Assembly: GCA_964187785.1 (NCBI GenBank)
Contig: OZ076421.1
Span: forward strand, 43,338,001-43,402,000
Source: Amphiscolops sp. MND2022
Lineage: Eukaryota
Reading direction: 5' to 3'
DNA length: 64,000 bases
Program-made: the position numbers and the translations under genes
Shown: in pieces, positions 25,201-37,009 of the stretch
Layout of the letters: the number at the start of each line of letters is the position of its first letter
Position numbering within the stretch: position 1 is the stretch's first letter
The notes under the pieces: generated by a model
The model's database searches: none
What the model saw: only the letters and a program-made list of their open reading frames with translations
Told to the model about the DNA's origin: nothing

Positions 25201-26181
25201 GGGACACAAGCTCTTGAAACCCTACAAACATCAAACACCACTTACCGAATAAAGAGTAACAACACTCAGACATCAATCCCTGGCCATTGAACACCCCCCT
25301 TCTCTTCAACTACTCTACAGACAGGAAATGAAACAACAAAATACTAACGAGTAACGAGGGGCTCCATCGTCCGATGTTCCAACTCAGTGGCCAATTTCTC
25401 TCCAAGCCTCACGGCTTGACGGGGTGTACATGGCAATCCGGACGTGTCAACTGGGACACTCCCACTGCTCTCAAGCTCGAATCGCAAAGTACGCGAGGCT
25501 GTTTTTGAGGCTGTTCTCTCTTCATGGCCCCGAGAGCGCAAACACCTCGATGAACTTGGTGGAGCGCAACCAGAGCGCAACATTGAACCTACACACAAAA
25601 CAACCAATTTCCACAAAGGCTCCACACCGGAAACGTCGAATCAACAAGACATAAAACTTCACAAAATATGAAAACATAGGAAAAAGACACTGAACGCATA
25701 CACTAAAATCGGCTCTAACCTCGCCCAAGCTCTGCACTAGTGGGCAACACGTTGGAGCCCACGTTAAATTCAGACAGGAAAGACGGAAAACATGGTGAAG
25801 TCGTTTTCTGCCCATCAACAACAACAGCTGCTGCAGCAGACAACGGAACGACCTCCACTGCAGAGAGATCTGCGGGCAAGGAGATTCCAGAAACAACTGC
25901 TGGCACCACAAGAACGGAACCATGTAAATCAGACCCTGAAACAACATTCCCAAATCGACGTGTCAGAAAACCTAAGCTGTGAAAATGCGAAACAGAAAAG
26001 GCCTATTTGACAGTAGTAATATTCACAAAAGCTTAATGGATTGGGGAACGACAAACTTACCAGCAATAGGATGTACAGTCGAAGGGTTAGCATCACTCTC
26101 CCGAACGTCTGCTTCTGAGAAGAGGAATTGAGTCTCGTGACCGCTCTGGAAGCCAGATTCAACACGGCGCGGAGACGACAT
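22292..26181 (-). pseudogene. Antisense multi-exon accessory gene of element 2 (zinc finger, hAT-transposase-like)
   Basis: ORFs 24602-25309 (FFCKICHRDVSMESHGASEFSRHFFGKRH), 23817-24407, 22708-23721, 22292-22879. GT-AG introns at 25977-26060, about 24518-24625, 23774-23897 and 23602-23691. Candidate ATG at 26181. Confidence 0.8.
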
Positions 26182-26242
26182 CTTTCTTTTTAACAAGGCG
26201 ATCTAAAAAGAGGAAGAGATGAAAACAACAACCAAAACTGAC

Positions 26243-26531
26243 GTCATCATAACGGCGACAAAAATGAAAGTTGACTAATCACCAACGAAATTGATGTCGA
26301 CATAACGCCGACAAAAAGGTCATTAGGGTTAAGAAGTTAATCCTGTAATCTACAATGACGTCCCATAACGGTGACAAAGTCAGAAGTTAGCTAAGCTAAC
26401 GAAGTGACGTCAGCATAACGTTGACATGTTTGGCTAAGTGAAATTTTTCAATTTACAGCCAATAAAAATGCGATGTTGACATAGCGTCAACACCTGGGAA
26501 TTAAAAGGATTAAAAAGACTGATCAACCAAT
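26243..26531. promoter_or_regulatory. Putative divergent promoter: five 6-5-6 spaced palindromes, TGACGTCA and two CCAAT boxes
   Basis: Motifs at 26243, 26296, 26360, 26409 and 26475; CCAAT at 26459 and 26527. Lies between oppositely oriented ATGs at 26181 (-) and 26648 (+). Confidence 0.6.
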
Positions 26532-26647
26532 CAGAATAGAGGGATTTTTCCCAATATTCTCCTTAATCCTAAGTAATCCGAAAAATCATTGTGGAAAGAA
26601 CAGAGTTAAAGTGCAGCTACAAAAAACCTCCAATTCATCACAACCAG

Positions 26648-27246
26648 ATGGCTAATCTTAAAGATATCTATGAGCTAATAGACATCTCATCAGAAAGCGA
26701 GAACGATGAAATTTTGGAAAGGGCCTCTACACCGCTTCCTAAAGATACGTTCCCAAACATCAGGGGGTAATCCTAGAAACATCACACTCCTCCATCGAAG
26801 CTAACGCAGATTTAGAAGAGGATCTCAACTCATCTTTAGACTCTATAGACATGGATTGCAAACGACTCAAACTGGATAAGAGCGTCGAGACGGTAGAATC
26901 AGGAGAACATCCAAACTCTCCCGGGAAATATGAGGATGGGGAGATAATTGAGAGCCCAGAAAGCCCTGACGAATGCACCATCAACACAACGAACTCTGGA
27001 GTCTTCATAGTAGAGAGCCCAAAGCAAACTAGCTCTCAATCAGTAGACAGCGCGATCATAACAGAATACCTGGAACAAGTTGCAAAAGCAGACGCAGATT
27101 CGTACTTCGTCACTCCTCCGGGCCCACTGAAGAGAATAAATACTATCTCTGCAAGTCTACTAAATGATCTAGAAGAAAGAAGGGAAGTATGCGTACCCCC
27201 AGAGAAGCCCGAGGTGAAAAACAGCCACGGCCGTTACCCTAGTTAA
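26648..27246 (+). pseudogene. Sense acidic accessory ORF of about 200 codons with one frameshift, unknown function
   Basis: MANLKDIYELIDISSESENDEILE... from 26648 shifts frame near 26765 into the frame of ORF 26851-27246. D/E/S-rich; ends 52 nt before the 3' LTR. Confidence 0.55.
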
Positions 27247-27298
27247 CCGTTCCAAGTTGGTCTCCCTGGATGTGCTGCACGACCCATGACAGTGGCCC

Positions 27299-29693
27299 TG
27301 TCACAGTCCGCTCCCGGACTGGATTGCGGTTGTAGACGAGTCGGCTACGGACGAGGCCATGGGTGTACTGCAAAACTCACAAAAGGTATTTTGGATTCTA
27401 AACTCTCATAAGATTAAATAAAATGTGACTGGAAATACAAATTATCTGTCTGCCTTGCGCAAATCCTGAATAAGAAATGAAAATAAGAAATAAAATGATC
27501 TAAAATGTTTTCACTCATTTCGCAAGACGTTTTTGCCACGTCAAAATAGTAACATTCACCACCTGAAAACTAAATTAAGACACGTTTTAAAACAAAGAGA
27601 ACATTAGCCAATCTAAATGAAAACATATCCTAAATCATCTCCGAAAGGAACATCAATCAGATCGAAAAAAATATCAGATGGCACGTCAGAGAAACTAAGC
27701 CTGTTCTAAGAAAGGCAGCTTTATTACTCTTTGAACAGCAATTAGTGTGGTGTAGGACGTCAATATTGCGCTGAGCAAACAATACGGCGGAAGAAATAAG
27801 AATACATGTATATTTGTCGTCAGTAAGTCGCAGACAAGTTTGAAGGTATATCAATTGACGTCACTGCCTCGCCTATGCGTACCAGAAAATCATTCCAATT
27901 ATCCGCCTATGTTAATAATTTTACTAGAAATCATTCCAATTTACCGCCATTGTGACGTCACCACACCGGCAGCTAGCTAGAAAATCATTCTAAAATACTC
28001 GTCAGCATTACATCAAACTAGTCAAAATGTCAGTTCTGCCAAGAAAACTCGTCAACATGACGTTGTCAAGTTTATGAAAATTAATTCTGCCAAGAAAACT
28101 TGTCAACATGGCGTTGACCAGTTTATGAAAATAGGCAAAATGAACGAATTCGCCAGATTAGTCAAGAATTTCATCGCATTTAGGCTGCTAGCTCATAGGG
28201 AGCCATATTTACGGGTTACCTTAAATTGTAAAACAAATACTTTACTAGTATGTTTCACGACTTAAAGATCAAATCTAAGATGTAGTTGATACATGCAGAG
28301 TAACCCAAATTCGTGTCAACTAGCCGTCCTGCACTTTTAACAATAAGTTTAGTTCTCCGCAAAGGCCGTTTCGAATGGGATTTTATAATTGCAGAGACGG
28401 AAAGTCACAGTTCATATCCATAACTAAAGTGTATTTTATACTGAAAATGTATTTTTGCATATTTACATTTTTGTACTTGATATTTCCAGACAATGTTTCA
28501 TAATCGTGCTTGTGAGCATATTTTTGTACCAGTTCATCGTTGCTGTTCATTAAAATTGCTGTATTACTGTTGCTGTTGAATAAGTGCTGATGTACAAGTA
28601 ACAATTTTTTATAATAGTCAACTTGTCGCAATTGTCGCGTCAATCTAAAGTTATCGTGTGTGTACTAATATGTTTTGTTGATAATCATAAACGTTAAATT
28701 TGCCTTAATCTAGTATTTCACTCATTAACCTCTTCAAAATATCTTCCTAGCATCGCCCAAATAATCGTAATTTGGAAATGAGTCATCGCGTTTGATCAAG
28801 CTGAATTTCAAAATCAGGTGTTAGTTGATCACGCAGCGTCATCTCAGCGTCAATTTTCCGCGAACCAAAGCAGTAAAACAGGTAATCATTTCCGGTTTGA
28901 CAGACTGAAGTAATATCTACTTCCTGCTTGGGAGGAAGCAAAAGGACGCCGGGATGAAATAATATGCTCGTGATAGATGACTAATAGGGAAAACTATTGC
29001 CGTGTCTCAAAATTTGACGATATGTCGATGCAAATTTGGGATCTTAATAATTTTTTCACCGTAAAAACAGGAAATGACTAATTGTTCGAAAGAAGTTGGG
29101 AATATGTACGTGATCAAATGATGCTAGGAGGGTATATATATGATGTGTAACCTTATTCAAGGGACTCAGTCCTTTTCAAGAGCTATAATTCAGTTGTTTC
29201 AACTTGTTTTGCCCAAACCTCATTCTCAACTCTGTCAAAACCAGAAGACAAATTTGAATTCTTTGAGAAACAAGCTTTCCCATCAATATGTCAACAACAA
29301 GAAGTCAAAAGAGAAGAAACACTCAGCGAGAGGCTGAAGACAACGTAAGTGAAGGTTTCATTTCACCAATAAATATAGAGAGCTCTCGTTCTTCGAACCA
29401 GGATACCGACGTGGCAGGCCCGTCGAGACCAAAATCTCCTAGGGTAGTAAATTGCTCCTTGGAGAGTTTGAGAGCTTCTTTAAAAGAGGAGATTACGTCT
29501 GAGATCAAAAACCTTCTTCTAGAATCCCAAAGAGAAATGTTGAAGCTTCTAAGATCTGAAACAGGAGAAAATGTAAGAAATAGCACAGTAGATGAAACGG
29601 AAAATGAAACAAGGCGCTTCCATACTCCGACGAAAATAGTACGAATCAACTCTACTCAAAATAACGACCCTGACACGAACGTAAATCGTAACA
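27299..29693 (+). repeat. 3' LTR of element 2, including an orphan Gag N-terminus (29288-29693)
   Basis: Direct repeat of the 5' LTR. ORF 29288-29755 equals the Gag N-terminus up to ...NVNRN and then reads into flanking DNA. Confidence 0.95.
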
Positions 29694-30467
29694 GTAAGTA
29701 TACTGATCAGAAGAAGTACACGCTTTGTTGTACTTCATGCAACACGCAATTCTAAAAATGATATCGGTTGAACAATTTTTACTCAATTTTTTACGTGAAA
29801 ATTTTCCAAAAGATTTTTCCGTTTTGCAAAATGTTTGTCAAAATCTCTCATACGTCATTTAGTCGTTCAATTGAGCCTAGTCGTGACTGAAACGGACACA
29901 AAAACAAGCAAGACGGTTCGTCACTCCATGTACCTACATTTTTGCGACAAACGTCAGGTTACTGCTGGAAATACAAAAACGCAGTTCTAGTGTAAATTCG
30001 ATCTGATTGGTTCGTCCTTTAGTTTATTTTCCGGTCTGTGCTTGCTCCCAATAGCCGGTTTTGAGCTCACAAAGATATCATTTAAGTAGCATCAATTGCA
30101 TCAGTTACAAAGGAACTTTGGGTTCCAATACTTGCATGCTTTTTGTATTCAAGAAAGAACGATCTGAAAAAGCGCCAGGATAAATCAGAAATTTTCTCAA
30201 AAAAACAGGTATACCACCCACGGGAAAAACTTCATGACTTCATGGGGAATATTGAGCAACACTGGGACGCGTGTCATCAGAAGATTCAACGCAGCAAGCA
30301 CTATGCTACACGATGGTAGAAAAAATCAGTATGTGAGTAACTAGTGAACAATGCACTTCACTTTCGTGTGAGAGTGCATTTCCGACAAATCGGCCTTTTT
30401 TCATCGTTAATCTAACTTCTCTGATTCTGTTCGACGACTTCGTCTAATGCTTTTCTCAAAAGTTTTC

Positions 30468-30667
30468 NNNNNNNNNNNNNNNNNNNNNNNNNNNNNNNNN
30501 NNNNNNNNNNNNNNNNNNNNNNNNNNNNNNNNNNNNNNNNNNNNNNNNNNNNNNNNNNNNNNNNNNNNNNNNNNNNNNNNNNNNNNNNNNNNNNNNNNNN
30601 NNNNNNNNNNNNNNNNNNNNNNNNNNNNNNNNNNNNNNNNNNNNNNNNNNNNNNNNNNNNNNNNNNN
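30468..30667. other. Assembly gap (200 N)
   Basis: Run of N; sequences on either side are unrelated. Confidence 1.
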
Positions 30668-33600
30668 ATCAGCTAATTTTACTTTCCAATACCGAACATT
30701 TAAATGTAATTCTTCTTGCCGGAGCGCTTTGCGTCTGTTTTAATTTCAGTTAATTCTTTCTGATACAATCTAATAAGTTTTATACAAAGTATACAAGGAC
30801 AATCCCCTTGTTGTGTGTGTTTATCTCATGGTAAGCATTGTATTGGATTTAAGTACATACGCATATCGTCAAAAGGATTCAAAGCTAGTTTGTTTTGTTT
30901 TTCAACTAATATTTTATGTAAGTTTGAACGAATTGAATAATTTGTTGCATTTGTTGTTTCGGACATAAACAATGAATTTATGTAATCTTCACATTTGGGG
31001 CATTTTTATTCCTTTTTGTTTTGCTTTTTGTATACCGAAGGCACTTTGTGTATCATTATACGCTTCGCGCCTTTGGTAACTAAAGGAATATGACTTCGAT
31101 CGTAAAGCTGTGAAGCTATCTAGTACTAATACCGGACTTGTTTCAATTTTCGTTCAGCTAATTTTACTTTCCAATACCGAACATTTAAATGTAATTCTTC
31201 TTGCCGGAGCGCTTTGCGTCTGTTTTAATTTCAGTTAATTCTTTCTGATACAATCTAATAAGTTTTATACAAAGTATACAAGGACAATCCCCTTGTTGTG
31301 TGTGTTTATCTCATGGTAAGCATTGTATTGGATTTAAGTACATACGCATATCGTCAAAAGGATTCAAAGCTAGTTTGTTTTGTTTTTCAACTAATATTTT
31401 ATGTAAGTTTGAACGAATTGAATAATTTGTTGCATTTGTTGTTTCGGACATAAACAATGAATTTATGTAATCTTCACATTTGGGGCATTTTTATTCCTTT
31501 TTGTTTTGCTTTTTGTATACCGAAGGCACTTTGTGTATCATTATACGCTTCGCGCCTTTGGTAACTAAAGGAATATGACTTCGATCGTAAAGCTGTGAAG
31601 CTATCTAGTACTAATACCGGACTTGTTTCAATTTTCGTTTTTCCTATATTTTTTTCGTTAACAGGATAAACTAATTCATGAAATTTTATCTACTTCACTA
31701 AAATCAAATTCAATTTTGTTTTGTTATAAAAAGTTTATTAGTTCTTGGTAGTTTGTATCAAAACTAAGAACAAAACTGTTAGTGTCTACATAATGTTAAT
31801 GCACTTTATTTTGCCAGTATGGTTCTGAACGTTTATAATAGAATTCATGCATTAACAACTTGCTCATTTCTAGTACTGTAAAGCCTAAATAAATTGGTTT
31901 ATCAAAGACTGTTTTTATTTTATCAAACTTATACACACTAAAATTTTCAAACCATTTGATGATTCCTTTGAAACTTAACGTGAATTGCCCATTTTATTAT
32001 TTGGTCTATTTGAGAATGAGATGAGAATTCTAGATTGGTTCTATCTCTTACATTTTCCATAGTCTTCCCACAGAAAACATTGTTCATTTATTTTTACAGG
32101 TCTTTTTCAAAGTTTGTTTTTGCTTGGGTATGTTTTTGGGTGTTATGATCAATGTATTTTGCTAACCATGGACTTTGCATCAAGCGATAGATGGTGTGAA
32201 ATTTTGTTACTTCCATCCCTTGGTTTAGATAAAACTTGAACATCCTGTAGTGTATCATGTACTTTTGTTTGTTTGTTTGTTAGATCACATACAAGTTGTT
32301 GGGTTGATTTGCATTTCGTTTTTTTTCACAATTTAAATAAAGTGTGAATAACTGTGAATCTGCTTTTGTTTGATAAGGGCACAATGGAAAGTTTTTTATT
32401 TTTTCTTGAATTTCAACAGGATATTCTAAATCACATTCTATAAAAAATCAATTTTCATTGTCATCTGGTATTTGTAATAATTCTTCCACTACTTGTTCTT
32501 GTGAGTAGTTGTTCGAGAACAAAAGTTTTTCGAATTCGCCAAAAGGAACATATTGACTCATAGCCCATCCATATAGATTATTTGAATCAATGTTTAAGAT
32601 ATGTTTATTGACATCCGATACAACATGCCTATCACCCATAAGACTTGAAATTCCTCCACGTATATTATTTTCAAGTAGTAAACATAATACTTTATCTTTT
32701 ATGAAATCTAATTTGACTTTGGTTATCTTCAATCCAGCTTTCCATTTATATCCAGGTAGAGAGTAACTATACAAAGGATTAATATTATATTCTCGTGTAG
32801 AACTATCCACCAGATTTCTAAAACATCTGCTAATTGTAGAACATCCATTTGCAAATAGAACTCTTTTCCGTTCTCTACATCTTACTTTTCAATTATTTCT
32901 TTTGTACGATTGATTTCCTCATCTGATGGATTGTTTTCGTGTTGACCAAAAATCGTCTTTTGTTAGATTGAATGATTCTTGGAAATTACTAAGCGTAAGG
33001 TATTCATAAGGTTACGCCAATTTCTTCTTGAGTAAATCATCCTCGAGAGATTTTTCTTTAAAATTGCTGGAACCTAAAAGAGGGAAATTGTCTAAACTTT
33101 TAACTAATTAATCTAAACTACTACTTAAAAAACTGTATGAGTCGAAATACCTTAAACAACCTACTTGAATTGATACACATTGACTTTGGAAATAATTTTG
33201 GTTCATACCCCATTTTGTAAGCTTGTGTTCTTCATCTAAGCTTCTTCATGTTAACTTGTTTGTAAGAGTTCTTCATATATAAAATGACAATCATACCCAG
33301 AAAAGTTATGAAAAAATATGGGAACAAAACTTGATTGCTTTTGTTTTACATTTATGTTACATATGGAACGGGCGGCTCCTCTGTATTTTCCTGCTAGGTG
33401 ATCATGATCTCTTACTTTACCTTCGGTAAAAAACTCTTTGCAAAGCCGACATATGGTAGATTGTTGGAACTGTTCTTCTTCTTGAAGAGTTATTTGTAAT
33501 TCTAAATTTGTTTTAAAATAATTACTTGCAAATTTTTCTATTATCAACATTTCATCTACAAACCATTCTACACAGCTTTGCTGCCCTCCGGTACAACCTT

Positions 33601-34909
33601 AGTCGAAGTATGAGTAATAGTTATTTCCAGATGGTGCTATTAGATAAAATCCTACTGCAATTGGAATTTGTTTATTTACTACGTTGGGGTTATTTGTGGG
33701 TTGATTGATTCATTCGGAATCTGTATGTACTCTTATTGGTACATTACCGTTCACATGGTGGTCTTGAAATTTTAGGAGATCCTTCCAACTGATTGTGATA
33801 TCAGTTGTTTGTTGATATATACATCTTTCGATATGATCAAGTAGACCCGGTTGTGAACTGAATGCTGTTAGACATCTTCTACATACTTGTTTCATATGTG
33901 AACTTTTCTTTCTTAAACAACGCAACTTTGTTATTAGGCAATAGTGATTTTGATACAAAAAGAAAGCTATTTGTGGTTGATCATAGGTCGTATTTATGTG
34001 GATTGGTGTTAACACAGTTCCACTGAGTTCAAATACATTTATACGCAGTCCGATATTTAAATTTTCAAACTTGGGAATGTTTGACTTTCATTGGGAAATC
34101 TAAACCTTCTAGGTTGATTTTATTAAAATGTATTGAATAACTTGGTGTTTTATTTTTATTAACCTCAACGGGATATAAATATGCTAAAGTATTCCACAAA
34201 AAACAAAATTGATCTTTATTTTTTATATTTATAACTGACTGATTCTCTTTAAGTTTTGGTGCTAACTCAATATATGAAGATGCTTGAACATCATTGACTT
34301 TATATATTTCTAATATAACATTGACAATACCGTTTAACACAAAACTTGATCCTTCTAATTGTTCATCATCTAATTTCTGCATTATTATATTATGAACACC
34401 TTGATCCAAGTAATTATAATATAAATTTGATCTATTATATACTTCTTCTTCTCCATTACCTATTTTTGAAAACTTAGCTAAATAACTCAATTGAAACTTG
34501 TATCGGGGGAAGAAAGTAGTTCTTAGCAAATTATTAATATGTTCTTCGAGATTTTCAGTTGGATTTATTTTAAGTTTGATGTATATTCTTTCATTCACAA
34601 TTAATTCTACATAATTATCGAATTGCGTATCTTGATTAGAGTTATTTTGTCGATTTCATAGGTGAATTTCACTTTGGATATGTCTTGTTGTATCAGATAT
34701 ATGTTCATTACAATCTTCACACCACACTTTATTATGATTGTTTTTATGATCATCTGAATTTAGATGAATAAACTTATTTGAGATATGCATAAACAAATTA
34801 CATTTTTTACAATAATATTGATCTATTTTTTCTTGATCTTTTACTGATTCTATATGATTGGATTTGAAGACTGTCTATAATTTAAATTACAATTTCTACA
34901 ATACTCCAT
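30668..34909 (-). pseudogene. Polinton/Maverick-type protein-primed family B DNA polymerase, decayed
   Basis: SSYIEL..KNKDQFCFLW; VCRRCL..FSS C2H2-like; VRDHDHL.GKYRGAA endonuclease-VII-like; FFHNFSGYD exonuclease; NIRGGISS and ID.NNLYG.AMSQ (motif A); YVDTNS (YxDTDS-like); FTALRSKSY; PFDD.R. Many stops and frameshifts; candidate ATG at 34909. Confidence 0.88.
30669..31639. repeat. Apparently identical tandem duplication, 485-bp unit x2
   Basis: C30670 corresponds to C31155 and C31151 to C31636. No differences seen by eye; abuts the gap. Confidence 0.9.
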
Positions 34910-37009
34910 TTCCTTTTAATAAAGAAAAAATAGTTTAATTAAAAGTTTTTCAATCAATTTTTTTCAAAAAACTGGTGAAAAAAGTTTTTTATTTTGTGGG
35001 TTTAAGGTAGCAAATTTTATCCACAAATTCCTTGAATGACAAATAATTCATTTGAGAAAAAAATTTCGGTAAAATTTTTTTCTAAGCTCTGCTTGTATTA
35101 GTTATTTTTCATCGATTTCAATTTTTTATGCGAAGCCAGCTTTGCTGTATTTTTGTTAAAATGCAAAAAAACCCAAGTTTTTTACACCTGATTTCTCACC
35201 TGGTAATCAGTGGGTCCAAGATACAGGAAACTTTCCTCTCGTGAAATGTGTATCTTGTTATTGACAACAATTTTGATTTCCTGTGTCATTGCGCTGGAAT
35301 GAGTCAGTCGCGAGAAATTGGGGAAAAAACTCTTTTTCACACCTGTTTTGACATCTGGTAACTAGTGGGTTGATTTTAGAGGTAAACCGCAGATACAAAA
35401 TGTGTGAAACGTTTGATTATCTACAACTTTTATTTTTGATGTTTTCCTTTAAAATTATTTCCCGTTGAGATACCGAAGGCACTTTGCGTATTGAGCAAAA
35501 TATGTTGTTCCCATAACAACAGATCCCTTGTATTAAGATTAGGAATAAACCAAAACGCGGCTTCATCGACCGACACTATATTCCATGTACTACAGATGTT
35601 CCCCGCTCGCAAATTAACTACACAGGATTTTTCTCCCCGCTGGTTAATTCACTATAGAGCTCCAGTTTATGTAACACACAATCGTTTCCCCTCCCGAAAG
35701 TGTGTCCTGGTAAAGCTCACGTTACTATTGCCAATACTGCTAGAAAGCGGAGGAAAGGATGACAAATCCTTTTAAACAACAGTAACTTTTCTGTAAAAAT
35801 TATGTACTAATTTTCTCATATACCCACCTCTACTAATAGTGAAATTAAATAGACATTGATTAGAAGCGAACCCCAAAGACTCCGCAAAAGCTCCAACTTT
35901 TCATAGTTGCTTTTCAATTAAAACAGGACTTAGAGAAGCATCTGGGAAACGTTTCATTAGATTTGATTTGTCACCAAATTTGAATTTTTCACCAAAAAAA
36001 CAATTGGTTCATCCTGTTGTAATTTTAATTTTTATATATAATTTGGGTTAATATCAAAATAAGATTCGAGGTTTAAACTGAATATGGTTTTGTTTGAAAA
36101 ATTTTCGTAGAATCAAGTTTCATCGAATTCAATATTGATTTGTTTGAATCTGAATTCTATTCAAAATAGTTTCTTTTAGGTTGATAGTGTTTACCAAGAA
36201 ATCATCCTATGAAAACAGTTGAGAAAAAGATAAGTAGCTTTCAAGTTTTTTTTTAATATAAACTAATACTACGTCAAGTTTGCTGGGAAAAATTGTATTT
36301 AATATGAAGAGCAAGTGAAACCTTGATTTTCCCAGAAAACACAAAATTGTACATCTAAGAAGTATCCTTTTCTTATAATGAATAAATTTTCAACTACTAG
36401 AAGTTTTTCCAAGTGGGTCCAAACGGGCTTTTTTCTTGCCAGAAATGTAAAAAAAATATGTCTTATCACCAGAAACAGCAAAAAAAAACCAAAGACGGGA
36501 ACAGTTACCAAAAACGTCGAAAATTGTCCAAAAACCCAAAGTTGAACTTTTTGGGACATTAATCCAACTCAAATTGATCTAACTTTTCGCCGTAAATGCG
36601 CACAACATACACCAACAAAATGTGGTTTTACGACCAAAAATGTGCAAGGTTCAAAAAGCGCCGTCTTTTAAACATGCTCAACTACTGGTTCTGAAGAAAC
36701 AAACTCTCAAAAAATGCGTGAAAGTGATACACGCTCTACTTTGATTGAAAATGTTAAAAACAACAAAAAGTTACATGTTGTCAAAAAACCAAAAGAGTAG
36801 ATTTTTAATGGCGTAAAAGTATACAACAGTCATAGGAATCTCTTTTTGTTCAAAAAAGCCACCAATAAAAGTAATCTCGGAAATTCTCCAAACCGATGCT
36901 TCGTTTCTGGTGTTCAAGGAAACCGTGTAAACCATAATATCATAAGATACAATCCAACGCAATCCCAATTTTGACAAAATAAAAAAAAATAACTATGTTC
37001 ATCGTTTTG

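Larger units (their letters stand above)
16507..29693 (+). mobile_element. Ty3/Gypsy LTR retrotransposon, element 2 (13.2 kb, two LTRs, integrase deleted, accessory genes)
   Basis: LTRs TGTCACA...CGTAACA at 16507-18632 and 27299-29693. Flanks GCAAG (16502-16506) and GTAAG (29694-29698) form a 5-bp TSD with one mismatch. PBS, gag, RT with YVDD, partial RNase H. Confidence 0.95.

Noticed and set aside
23248-25252. Several plus-strand ORFs opposite the antisense gene (e.g. 24875-25252, 24242-24541)
   Set aside because: Shadow frames; the homology between elements lies on the minus strand.
30447-30743. ORF spanning the N run
   Set aside because: Artefact of translating the gap.
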